This document shows, one piece after another, positions 37,582 through 50,824 of a DNA stretch of 64,000 bases. Both the position numbers and the translations under genes were made by a program. Within the stretch, counting starts at the first letter, position 1. Every line of letters starts with the position of its first letter. Source of the stretch: Octopus bimaculoides (Eukaryota); contig NC_068998.1 in assembly GCF_001194135.2 (NCBI RefSeq), positions 11,819,750 through 11,883,749 of the forward strand, in the 5' to 3' direction. The notes under the pieces were generated by a model. That model was not told the origin of the DNA. It was given only the letters and a program-made list of their open reading frames with translations, and searched no databases.

Positions 37582-38809
37582 AGCTATGTAAATACAAATT
37601 TCATACTGGCTGGTACCTATCAGAGCAATACCTGTCATGTTTCAATTAGTGCAACTTATGCACAAATAAATATAGTAATTTCAGAGTAATTTGCTAATTA
37701 GAAACTAAGTAAATCATCCTGAAAAAGAATCTTTCCTTAAAACAAAAATGACAGTCTAGTTTTAAACATTTCATGGAATTTCAACTATTATATACATATA
37801 TATATTTACATGCACACACACACAGACACACAGAAAACCAGCATGAAGAACTATTTACAATGATTAACATTTTATACTGTTAAATATTCACACCAGCTAA
37901 TGTGTTTAAATATATGCACCAAACTTTATATTGCTAAATACAACTGTTCCTTTACTTCTGATCTTTGAGAAAATTAACAGGACAAAATAATGTGGATCTA
38001 TTGTGAAGTAGCAAATTATAAACTGATAAGATTAAGAACTTCACTGAAACTATCTGAAGCTCTATTACATTCTAATTGAACTTCAGTGAACACTATTATA
38101 ATAGTTAACCATTTCTAATCTTAAGCAACTGTATTCCAATTTAGACTTGTGCAAAAAAAATATTTAAAAAAACTCAACTAAATGCCCCAGTAAAATACTG
38201 AATTTGAAGCAAAACACATGTGCACACTTGATGGGATATCTAGCATGTTTATTTTTTTTTTAAATAAGAGAGACAAACTTTCTGTAAATGATAATGTATA
38301 AAATATTGTTTTAATAAGCATCACTCACTGATATTTTATGCTGTAAAAACAGCAATATAATAATGAAAAAAATATAGATTTTATCTTTTTGCTACTCTAT
38401 TTCAATATATTTTAAAAATAAACAAGCATTAAGTAAAACTATTTTGTCATTATTAAACTGCTGTTTAGAATATAAATCAGCATGGAATTCTGATAAAAGG
38501 TTTTTAATTTAGGTTACTCTAAAACTGGAAGCTTGTACTGTAGGAACAAGGGTCGTCTCAGGCAGGTTTGGTATCAAAAGGATGAACTCTTTCGGAGTTT
38601 ATGAAGAAGAAGTAAAAATAATCCCTTTTGTAAACACATTTCAAATAGCATTAAAGTAGATTAGCTCTTCCTGATATGAGTTATTCTGATAGACTTCAAA
38701 GAAGAACAAAATGAGTCTTAGACCAAATGGGAGGTAGGAAAGGAAACAAACTATTAACCACAAAATTTTGATTTGTAAAATAATGGAGAAAGAAATATCA
38801 GGTACTCAC

Positions 38810-38897
38810 CGTACATATAGGACTCATAGATACTTGGTTTTGGAGACGGATACTGCGGTGAATCTTGACGGTACTCATCTGGGCTAGGTGAGTAAAC
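38810..38897 (-). CDS. TCF12: E-protein exon: VYSPSPDEYRQDSPQYPSPKPSIYESYMY
   Basis: 88 nt, phase 0 to 1. Acceptor tttctttttcttttgaag, donor G|gtgagt. Matches TCF12 VYAPSP...ESPSYPSPKP. Confidence 0.95.
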
Positions 38898-41521
38898 CTT
38901 CAAAAGAAAAAGAAATTTTTTTTTTTGAGTATTGTAATTTAATGATTACCAGTAGTGTCTGTGGAAATTTCATGTAATATTGAAAACTAAAACAATGTCA
39001 ACAATTTATAGAGATCCACAAAATACATTATTTTCTTTTTTGTTTTTTTTTTTAAATGCATTTGTGTTTGGCTCTTGAAATGGTGTAAAATCCCGCATGG
39101 GTAGTACTTAAGAGAGAACATCTTTGGAAACTATATTCTTTGTTATACACTTATTGTTTTTTTCTACCTTGTTACTAATTATTTTTATGTTTATGTCAAA
39201 AAGGAAAAAAATCTTAACTATGGAATGAAACCGAAGCTGCTTTGCTACAGTATGACTATGTTAGTAAATCTTTAACCTGCACGATTTACTACATCATTTA
39301 GTTTCACATCAGATGAAAGTTCAAACATTTGGGTTTGAAGCCACAGTCCCAGTTTACAAAGTGCAGTAGTGCTTCACTGAACTATAGATTCTAGATAGAA
39401 AAACAAAAAAGTAATACACACATAATCACATTCACATACATTGATAGAAATATACAGATCTGGAGAAAGACTGTAAACACATTATAAACACAAACATACA
39501 CACACACATTTGTGCAATTGATGTAAATATAGCCTTGCAAGTATATTTCTACTAGTTATACATGAAATCTGGAGAGAACATCCTTTCTGAGAATGCTTGC
39601 ATATAACCAACCATGTGGTGTATGTATACAGACTCAACAGTAATTAGAGTATGAGAATGGATACTTTTTTTTAGATGTTTATAAACTGTTGGGTCTCTAT
39701 ACATATACAACATCCTGAGTAACACACACACCCTAGTGTGAGAGGCCAGATATGACTAGTTTGAGCATAAAACAGGTAGAATATCCTGGCCGGATATAGC
39801 CAGTTTAAATGCTAAAGGGTTAAATGTTTTTATTAAATACAACAATCTGATTACAATAAATTACTATAATTATTATATGCACTATATCATTAATATAGAA
39901 GGTGGGTTGTAGAAGGTATAGGAGCTTAACGAATTAATCAGCTTCAAGAAATTTCTAGACAATACCATTACAGAATCATTGAACCATTACCCCCTCAATA
40001 AGATGTTGGGGACATAGCATTAAGCATCTTGCTTAAGAAAGTAATATTATGTCTGCTATGAAAGCACAAAAAATCTTGGGAACCCAGAGGCCTGAAGCAT
40101 CATCACCATCATCATCATCATCATCATGACTACATTACACCTATAATACCACCACTGCTGTCTTATCAAAAGACAAAAATGGGTTTTTTGTAAAAAACTG
40201 AACAACACCAGTAGAATTTGGGAATGAGATTTTAAAATGAAAACTTGGAAACTGATTAGTTTTTCTTCCAGGAGTAACTTTTAAGAGAAAAGAAGGAGTA
40301 CATCCAAGAATAATACTCATAGATTTCTCTTGACTAGACACAACAGTATATTGCTTTATCAATCTCAAGGGATAATGAAAGACAAAGTTTACCCTAATGG
40401 GATTTGAAACTTGTGAGAAAAGGAGAAAACTAAACACTACAAAACATTTTAGCCTTACATCCTATGACCTCAACCATTACCATATATTATGATGATGATG
40501 ATGATGATGAGAAGAAGGAGGAGGTAGAGATGATGTTCATGCCTTTCACAATAACATTAGCATAGTAAATGAAGCTACTCAAATAAGGAATTGAAACGAA
40601 GCCATCAGAAACTATTGCTACATTATGAGCCCACCATCACCACCACTACCATTATGAACAACTATAACAAAACAATAAGCCAAACAGATCCTCCATGTGG
40701 TCATTCAAACCTACTAGAAATAGCAGTTAAATTTCCTTCAAATCACATCCTAAACAAAACAAAATGGAAGACATAAGATGATACACTGATCTTCCACCAA
40801 AAATAAAACTGGATAGTCATAGCTGGAATGTCATTTGGCTGAACTGACCTGGCATAAAACAATTGAATTGGAGGTATAAAACAAGAGCACAGTAATTAAC
40901 GCTAATGCAATATATACATAATGGAGTAAAAATAAAATACACAATGACATCTTGTGAATTATATAAACAAAACAAAAAAAAGATTATACAAAAGACACTA
41001 AAACAAAAACAAAGAAATCACTTAAAAAAACTGGTCCCTGATTTTAAAATGATAATGCCAATAAATTGCACTCAGTCATATTTGTAAAATTGACCAGATT
41101 ATTTTAAAAGTTACTTTTTGTTTTTCATGAAAATTAAAAGTCATCTGCTTTTAAAAGTAACTCAAGGTAAAAGTTTTGTTTCAAGAAAGTTATTGAAACA
41201 AACTTGGCAAGATATTAATAAATATGAAGTAAAAGAGAAAAAAAACATAAGGAACAAGCATGAGCTATTTTTTGCATTGTATTGAAATTAAATTAAGCAG
41301 CTTTTTTAAACGAGCATTAAACTTTTTTTTTTAAGCTACTCAAAGATCTAACTTGGTAAAAATTGAGATAAAAAGAAAGTAACTTAAAATATCTTTTGTC
41401 ATTATTTATAAATTTATTTCATTTTTCTCTCTGGCTTGGATTCCTAGCAACCATTTGTTCTCATAGAATGAAACTATGTCGTGGATTTAAATATATTAGG
41501 AGTAGGGAGAGAAAGGGAAAA

Positions 41522-41725
41522 NNNNNNNNNNNNNNNNNNNNNNNNNNNNNNNNNNNNNNNNNNNNNNNNNNNNNNNNNNNNNNNNNNNNNNNNNNNNNNN
41601 NNNNNNNNNNNNNNNNNNNNNNNNNNNNNNNNNNNNNNNNNNNNNNNNNNNNNNNNNNNNNNNNNNNNNNNNNNNNNNNNNNNNNNNNNNNNNNNNNNNN
41701 NNNNNNNNNNNNNNNNNNNNNNNNN
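41522..41725. other. Assembly gap (N run) followed by (TA)n
   Basis: Run of N. Confidence 1.
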
Positions 41726-41760
<35 letters not shown>

Positions 41761-41799
41761 ACCAACACCACCAGTAGTAGTAAATTCCAACAGAGCCAC

Positions 41800-41944
41800 A
41801 AGGCCACAAATTTAGAGGACAGTGTAATTAATTAAATACAAATTGCTTCATTGACTTTATAAGGATGAAAGGCGATATGAAGCCCTACTGGGATTTAAAT
41901 TCAGAATCTGTTCAGAGATCTACTGATTCTGTCATTCACAGCCC

Positions 41945-41997
<53 letters not shown>

Positions 41998-42820
41998 CCT
42001 TTCTACTATAGGCATAAGGCCTGAAATTTGGTGGGAGGGAATTAGTACTTATTTCACTGATCCCGAAAGGATGAAAAGCAAGGTTGACCCCCAGCGGAAT
42101 TTGAACTCAGAACATAAAGATGGATGAAATATCGCTAAGCATTTCGCCCGACACGCTAACAATTCTGCCAGCTTGTTGCCTTAATAATAATAATAATGAT
42201 GGTTTCAAATTTTGGCACAAAGCCAGTATTTTCATGGGAGGTACATCGATCCCATTACTCAACTGATACTTCTTTTATTGAGCTCAAGAGGATGAAAGGC
42301 AAATTCAACCTCAGCAAAATTTTTACTCAAGACTCAAAGACGGACAAATTACCGCTAAGCATTTTGCCCAGCATGCTAATGGTTCTGCTAGCTTGCCGCC
42401 TTATTATAATAACAATCCTTTCTACTATAGGCACAAAGCCTGCAATTTTGGGGGAGAGGACTAGTTGATTACATCGCCCCTAGTGTTTCCCTAGTACTTA
42501 ATTTATTGACTCCAAAAGGATGAAAGGCAAAGTCGACCTTGGCAGAATTTGAACTCAAAACATAGTGACAGGTGAAATACCGATAAGCATTTTGTCCAGC
42601 ATGCTAATGATTCTGGCAGCTCGCCACCTTCAATAATAATAATAATAATAATAACAGCAGCAATATCTAACTTTTATCATAACAACAATTTCTAACCAAG
42701 GCACAAGTGTATTTTTCATGAAGAGTATAATCGATTAAGATCAACTGGTGCTTATTTCATCAGACACAGAAAGATCAGAGGCAAAGTCAATTCAGACTGA
42801 ATTTGAACTCAGACTATTAA
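41800..42820 (-). mobile_element. Head-to-tail array of about 5 family A SINE copies separated by (AAT)n
   Basis: Cores near 41870, 42070, 42290, 42520 and 42780. (AAT)n at 41946-41997, 42182-42197 and 42633-42653. Confidence 0.85.
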
Positions 42821-43704
42821 AAAAAATTAAAATAAAATAAAAGAAACTGAAAATACGAATAAAATTCTGGTTTATAAAATTAACTGAGCTCCATGTGTAA
42901 TGCCGAAGGCCAATGCAAAAATATGAGTAGATGAAAATAATCCTATGTGGTAAAAATATTCACTTGCGAGTTGTTTAATATAAAAAGCAAGAAATTAGTG
43001 TCAATAACTCCGAGTAAAATCCAATGTAGATATCCAATATGTAAACTTAAGAGTAGGTCCAATGTGGAAATATTGAAGGTAAATTATACATCAAATCAAA
43101 CTGGACATTAAAGCAGTTCACTAAAGTTCCATGATGATGTAAATGAATATCCAATATAAGAGATAGTTAAAGAAAAAAACAGTCAGTCCTTTGGTGCTTA
43201 ACTCCAAATAAATCCATGTAGCATCCAATGGAGATGGCCACAAGTAGAGAGGTCCAAGTCAGGTTCAATGAAGACAGAAGAAAGAAATTTGCAAAACCAC
43301 ATATATACACACTAAAGAAGGGTAAGCATTATTAAATTGGTTTGTCTGAGTCTGTGTGTGTGTGTAAACATACAGAGAAAGAGAGAAAGAGAGATATTTA
43401 GTTATGAAGTAGATGAAAGTAGTCAATTATATTTACCAAATAAACAGCGGATATATAAATGACTTACTGTCTCAAGATAACATTGTATAACTTAAATTAT
43501 ATCATGAAACCACTACAATTAACTAACCATACTGCCTCAGAAAATAACATTATATAACTAATTAAATTGTAAACAAGCTAATTCCCAAGTTAGCTCCTGT
43601 TCCTTAATTTCATTAAGTTCAAAATAAAATATTATATAAGTGAAAACTAAATAAATCTAAACAGAAAATTTTTCAGTTAAAAAAAAAAAAGGTACTATAC
43701 TTAC

Positions 43705-43764
43705 ATTTCCTTTGGGAGGGAGATACATAAGGGTTCTATAGAATGGATATGTTGTACAATACAT
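43705..43764 (-). CDS. Candidate alternative first coding exon MYCTTYPFYRTLMYLPPKGN (HEBAlt/TCF4-A Alt-domain-like)
   Basis: ATG in ACAATG context, 20 open codons, donor AAT|gtaagt in phase 0, compatible with the VYSPS exon. Shares MYC..YP and LMY motifs with the vertebrate Alt domain. Confidence 0.8.
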
Positions 43765-46073
43765 TGTAACTAGTTTCAAAAAATGAGAGAAAGTGAATGA
43801 ACCAAAAACTCTTCAGCTGGTCATTAGATCCAAAGTGAACGAATTAGACCAATATATATTCAGAGACATTGAGAACCTAGCTACAAGTGACCACTCACAG
43901 CTATAATCCATTAGTTAGGAGAGAAAGAACTTTTCCAATTAATTCACATTATTATGAAGTAACTTTCAGAAACTAATCATTGCTGTTGTTGTTGATGATA
44001 ATGATGGGAGATGAGAGACGATAATGAGTGTAGTAAACCTTGGTATCAATTATCTGCTTAGCTGTTTGAAAGAATAGTAAAAAGCCTTCATGAATGGACA
44101 GGTATTCCTTTTAGTATGAGACGCCAAGATTATTAGGCCAATGTGGGAAACAAGCTAAACTAAGAGTAGAGGTTCAGGCAGCATAAGCTGAAATAACATC
44201 TTTGTCTGGTAGTAGAAGTTGGTTTCTTAAAATTCAGCAGCAGCAGCACACATGGTATCACCAGCACAAGCCAGTCTATTCACAGACTTGCAGTAGTAGG
44301 ATTTAAACTAGGTTAAGAATGTGATTTGTGTCAACTTACAAACTAGATTATTGCATACTGTGTTGATTCTAGAGAGAAGGGATAATTTGACAAAAAAGAA
44401 AAAAATAATAATCTACATCAGTAATAAGTTAGGGTACATCTCTCTTTTTCTCTCTCTCTATTTCAAGAACAGTTATTAATAGTTTAAAAACATTAAGTTT
44501 TGCAATGGGTTTATTATATTTGTAGTTCAACCCAAGTGTGTGTGTGTATATGTGTTCACACATGCTCACACAAACACAACATAAATAGTGTTAAGGGGGG
44601 AAAAAAAGGATAAAAAACAAGACAAATCTAACACTTGCTAAATGAAAGATTTTAAATAAGGATTTTTAAATAAAAATAATAATAATAATAATAGTAACTT
44701 GATAGAAGAAATTGTTTTTTTTCCCTCCCTTTGAATTAGAACTAAATTAATTAGACTTGAGCAAAAGACATTTAAAAATACAAGAAAAAAAGCTAGAATT
44801 ATGACAAATCCTTACTTTTATATAAAAATTTTTTTTTAAATGGAAGGAAAAGTCATTTTATGAAATATTAATAAAGTGTTGTGGGTATGAAGTGGGGGTG
44901 GGACAGGATTAAAGCCTAAAGCATACAGAAACTTTATTTTTAATGTCAGTAAAACCTGGCATTTAAGTATAAAATTATTTTAACTCTATATTTTCAAATA
45001 TGAATGCATAGAGGAACAATTTAGGAAAAGTTATTAATTCTTTTTTTGACAGACAAAACAACTACGTTTTTATTTTATATACAGAAGGAGAGGGTGTGGC
45101 CATCAATACTCTACCAATATTAAATTATAATAGGTGAATTGTGTGTTAAGGAGAGAGAGAGAGACAAGAGATGGAGCTTGGGGTGTATAGGACTTGGTCA
45201 AAGCAAAAAAGAAAGGAAAAGGAAAAATTGGGTCAAAAGTATTTTTACGGAAAAGTAGCAGCATTTCCCTCAATGGTTTAGAATCATGAACTAAATTTCA
45301 TCAAGAATCAACAGCAAAATTGGGGGAAAAAAATATACATATTGCTTTTTTTTTATATATATATTTCCACACAATAAAATAGTTATTCATTAATAATAGC
45401 AAACAGCTAATGCTGTCAGAATTAATTAAATAAAAAGAATTATCCAAAAATATAAAACTGTTTATTTCATTGTGTGTGTGCGTGTGTCAGTTATTTAGGT
45501 GGCTTTGAAGAATATGCTGTCACATAATGAATATATAAAAAACAAAAAAGGCAAATGTTTTTTGTTGTTTAATAGTAAAGATGGCAACACTTTTTCCAAA
45601 CAGAACAAAGGAATCTCTGAGATTACACAGTCTGCTAGAAATAGCCACCAAATCTCCCTCAAATCACATACAACTGGTGGGGTACACGTATTCTCAAAAA
45701 GAAATGACAGGATGAGCCTGGCTTGAATATCTTTGATCACTGGTTTACTCTTTGAGATCCAACTAAGAACTAAACAACAACATATATGGAAGGTAGAAAA
45801 AGGGATTATTAATTATGAATGATACACACACACACACACAAACACACATGGTTGGCCAAAAGTCACCTGATGGTAAATCAAAACCATTTAATTCCAAGAT
45901 TTATTTATTTATGTTTAACAACTGAATGAATTTAATAAAACATCTAAATATGAAACATCATAAAAATTGTTCAAACTAAAGTCCTTCTTGAGCGACACAT
46001 TTCCCCATTCGGGTCAATACAGAATTACAGAGTATTTATGTAACTTTGATTTACTATGTGGTGACTTTTGGCC

Positions 46074-46118
<45 letters not shown>

Positions 46119-48065
46119 TATATATATATACATACATACACACACTAGCTGACACAAAATGTAGATATTCATTTAATTATAAGCTCTCACACAATCAAGA
46201 ACTCAGTTTGTTTACATTTCATCTTATTTAATTACATTCATTTACTTCCAAAGTTTTCTAGCTGTTTTTTAAAGAACTGTTATCACTCCTAAGAAAACCA
46301 TCATTGGAATAGAGATGTTTTTTCCCTTTTCGGGGGGGGGGGTTGCCTATAAGATCATTCACACACACAAACACTCACACATGTGTGCATGCACACACAC
46401 ACAGGCACAATGTATTGCTATGTTCTATATTCTCCCTTTCCTTATTTCTTTCACACAGACTTTTGTCATGACTCAAATTAATTCTTAATTAGTTATGGAG
46501 CATACTCAGTGAAAAAATACTGTGTCTAGCTGAATTAAAATATGCTCTATGAAGTACATGTGTGTATTTTACACACACATTCACACAGGCACGTGTGTAA
46601 ATACAGACACACACATACATGTATACACATGCAAGTATCATTTTAATAATTAAACTATAAAGTAATTTCCTCAATAAATAATAGCTAATTAACTTCTAAA
46701 CATGACCAAGCTAATAAACAAATAAAGACGATTCAATTATCTGGTTAATGTATTAAGTTTAGAAAGCTCAAATCAAAATATTTATTGATGAAACTCAGGG
46801 TATTTGAAATCTTTAGCATGCAGACAGGAAGTTTATATGGGGAAGTAGAAGAGAGAAGCCAGAGAAAAGGGTAGAGGGATCTAAGACATGCCCCACTCCC
46901 AAACATGTTCCTATTAGCATGGCAGGCCCGAATGGTCAGAATATAATTGATAAAACACATTGACTAGAAAGAGAATAATCTATTTATTGCTAGGGTTTGT
47001 AGGGATAATTTTTTTTTTCATTCTAAACAAATATAAATTTCTAAAATTATAAAAAAATAACAGTATTTTTCAATAAAATGGATCCAGGAGATTTTATCTA
47101 GTGAGTTGAGACATATCTAATGAACTAATAAAAAGATTAGATTAGTTAATAATATGGCTTCAACAAATCAGCAGGAAATAGATATAAAAAGTTAACTCTA
47201 AGAAAAGTGAGAATTCTATAAAATATATAAACCTATGCCAAAATATTTACTCTTTTAGACTACCAGCAGAATATAAGATCCATCCATATTATAAATATAT
47301 ATTTGTATATGTATTTATTATATACAGTAATTAGAAGCCTCATTAAAGTCTTAATCATAGTCTGGTAAAAAAAAAAAAGAAAGGTAAAATAAAATCATGA
47401 AATAATAAAGTCAATATAAATAAAACAAACTTTTTTCTCCTAAGATTTTTAATTTCTTGAGAAGGAATAGGTTCAAAGATTTGGGCATCTTTCAAATATT
47501 AAAACTGTTGAACAGAATTATAAAGAATTATACTTTATCAAAAAGCAGAGGAAGCTAATTAAGGGACAAATTTTACTAAAGTACATTGTGATTATGCCCA
47601 TGTGTTATAATCCTGTTAAAACATCAGAATTGGAAATAAAGTGGTATAAGATTTTAAAACTTTAGCAGAAGCTGTTGAACCACATAAAATAATTAAGTGC
47701 TAGATAGTATTTAACTATTTCTATTTAATTGTTAGTTTTAAAAACTAGAAGGAAAACAAATAATATGCCCTTTATTTTTTTTATTGTTGAGACAAATTTC
47801 CTTGGTTCTATTCTGAGAAAGAGAGCAGAACAAAAAAAAATGATAGTAGTCAGTCATGCTATAGTTGTGAGACCCAGTAAACAATAAACAAACAAACATA
47901 TAGAAAACATTTAGACAGTAAGCATGAAATGAAGCACACCTGTAACTTGGGTCTGGAGTAGTAGTACATTGGCACCAAATGTGCAATGTCAGACAGCTGC
48001 AACCCACTCTGTCCTTAAATCAAGCACTGCTGCTACAGTTAAATTGCCAGCAAAGGAGATATAGG

Positions 48066-48230
48066 TAAGAGAGAGTGAGAGAGAAAGAGAAAGAGAGAGT
48101 GAGGGGGAAGAGGGAGGAGAGAGAGAGAAAGAGGGAGAGTGTTGGAGCATAAGAATGAGTTAGTGGTGGTAAGAGGGAGAGTGAGAAAATGAGTGAGAGT
48201 CAGTGGGAGGGGGAAGGAGAGAAGAGATAA
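48066..48230. repeat. Degenerate (GA)n polypurine tract; other (GA)n tracts at 11128-11172, 14165-14195, 16688-16742
   Basis: Seen directly in the sequence. Confidence 0.95.
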
Positions 48231-50229
48231 CATCTAGTAAAAGTTAATAGTCATCACACACAGTTTTAAAGACAACGATATATTCCCATGAATATGAGAA
48301 TTCCAAAATCTAAGTATCATCAGCAGATTCTGAAGGTTTGGTCCAATTTCAACCACAGTAGGTAACAACCAACTTGACACAGATGTTTAGCAACACACCA
48401 GAAGCAAACTTCAGTCAAGACACTCACAGTAGAACAAAAATAATACCCATAAAAAGTCTTTCCTAATTATGTAAATAAATCTCAGGAAACATTTAAAGTT
48501 GAAATTATAAACCTTATTATAAAGTAGTGAAATAAAACAGTATAGGAATATAAGAAAATAAGTTATCCTATTCATAAGGGTGTGAATTCAAACAACCACA
48601 TACACAAATGAATACAACAAAGTTGAAATATTTTAAGATAGTCCTTTAGAGTGAGTAAAAATGGATTAGAGAACTTATGAACATATGTGGCAGAAAGCAA
48701 CTGAAGCTGAACACCCCTAAATGAAATTGGGATTTCCCTGAGTGAAATATGAGCTAGGTGTAAAGTTAAGTGCTAACAGAGAGTTTGGTCTATGATTGAG
48801 ACCATATGGAAAAGCTGAAGTGAGAAATCTATTCAGAGATACATATTCTAAAAGAGAATAGCAGCAATCAAGAGAGAAGGGAACAGATATTAATAAAGAA
48901 GAAAAAAAAGCATAGAAGAAAATCAAATGCTTTTAATTTTTAATATTAATTTAAAGAAAGAAATTAAATTTCATAAAATTAACAACAAAATCTGAAGTAA
49001 ATTTTTTTTGTTTTTAAATGAAAACTTTTATTTAGTAGTAAATATATTTTAAAAAGTGGAATATATTTGCAGCTAAGTTATTTATCTTCTATCAAAAGTA
49101 TTAATATTTCATGTTATTATTTTATCTGGGAAAAAAGAAAAGTTCCAGCAGTGTAGACAGATCTCCTGCTGTGTGAATGAAGTCTTATAGTATTTATAAA
49201 ACCAAGTTTCATACTATGCTACTGTTCCAGCTAGTTAAGTCTGATACAGTTTAGGACCTGGAGATCACCCCTCCTCCATTGCTATGTTATGCCACATTAA
49301 AAGCAATAAGATAATAGGCATTGTTTACTACTAAAAGCTATTTTCAAAATTTAATTACCCATGGCACAGTTTCAGACTATAGCAAAAGATATTAGTGTTT
49401 TGAATTCTTCTATAGTAACCTAACAACCACACTAATAAACATCCAAATAATTTAATGTTTTGGTTGCAAAGTTTTCAAATTCATTATAGTGTGATATCCT
49501 ACAAAATTAAGAACATATTTAATGTTTACCATTCTGTTGGACATAACTAAAGACAGCAATTTATTTTATTATTTAGTCTATGGTTACATCCTATAGAAAC
49601 AAATTTACAGATTAGTAAAGGCTAATTAGAAATAATAATCTAATATTTTGTGATAGCAATTAGGCTATATTTAAAAAGAAAATCCTTTCCTAGTAATACT
49701 TCAAATCAAAATGTTAAAAATTCCCCTCACTCTTTTAAAACTTCACCCAAGCAATTCACGTGTAGGGACACATGACCAGTCTAAGTCTTGTAATTAATGG
49801 ATAATCCTGAACTAGTTTACTAAGTTATAGTTTATTCACTTGAAATGCATCATGCTTTGGGTCTCCTTGTGCCTTACAAAGACCAATTTTCAATCATATC
49901 CTCAACAGAGTAACTTTTATTTTATTGTTTTTATACGAATATATATAAATACATACATTTCTCACCAGTTGTTTTGTAATAAGAGAGAAAATATATATAA
50001 AGTTGCTTTTTCACAGTAAAATACTTCATTCTATACCAGTACTACAACATTTAAAGCCCAAGTTTAATATATAACTTTGATATGATCTGTAAAGCTTTAT
50101 TCTTTCATGTTTAAAGTTTTTTCATCTAAAAACTATTTTCCTTTAATCATAAAAATTACTAATGAGTTCTTAACAATTCTAACTTACAAACAGCAATTGA
50201 AAAATCTTAAAAATAAATATACATAAAAA

Positions 50230-50550
50230 CATCAACATAGAAGTTGCTGGAATGCAACTGTCCATGTTCAAAGGACTTGCCATTTATATATAACATGTTT
50301 AACAGATATTATCTGGAAAATAAAAATCTGAAATGGCTTTTCACTGGACATGCGTTTAGAAGAAAGGACAATAGATGGAATACCAAATTATATAACAGAG
50401 AGAAGACCATGTCCAGGAAAAAAGAAGGAGGGAAAGACCATGCAAAGTTGGAATGAAAACTTTGTTAAATTCTTTGGCACTCAAACATGGATGAGGTAAA
50501 CATCAGACCGTGGTTGATGGAGAGAACATACTGAGGTGGACTGAACAAGT
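50230..50550 (+). mobile_element. RTE-clade LINE 3' fragment
   Basis: ORF 50244-50456 remnant LKWLFTGHAFRRKDNRW resembles the RTE C-terminal LKWxWAGHVARRxDNRW motif. Confidence 0.65.
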
Positions 50551-50814
50551 GCAAGGATGATATATATATATATATATATATATATATCCATTTTCACACC
50601 AATTACTTTTTAATGTGAGAAAAAAATATAAGAAAGGAATTAGCTACTTGACATGATTTAAAATTCAGTACTGTAAGGTTTGACAGGATTTGAAAGATAA
50701 CTTCAGTTTAACAATAACTTTTGGTTCATAAGTTTTCTTCCTTTGTGGCATTTGAAAATCTCTTTTCCTTCAAGGTTAAAACCATTTTAAACATCTAACA
50801 ACTTTTAACTTACT

Positions 50815-50824
50815 NNNNNNNNNN
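50815..50824. other. 10-N assembly gap
   Basis: Run of N. Confidence 1.

Larger units (their letters stand above)
3080..43764 (-). other. TCF12: Class I bHLH E-protein gene (TCF3/TCF4/TCF12/daughterless orthologue), partial; 10 core exons plus a candidate Alt first coding exon
   Basis: Exons joined by hand keep one open frame across GT-AG junctions, 1378 nt including the Alt exon. Family motifs appear in the vertebrate order: VYSPSP, SSDPW, GLPPMSTFR, TGDTLGKALASIYS, SNPSTPVSSPP, LDDAILVLRNHA, bHLH. The paralog name is nominal because invertebrates usually have a single E-protein gene. Confidence 0.97.
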
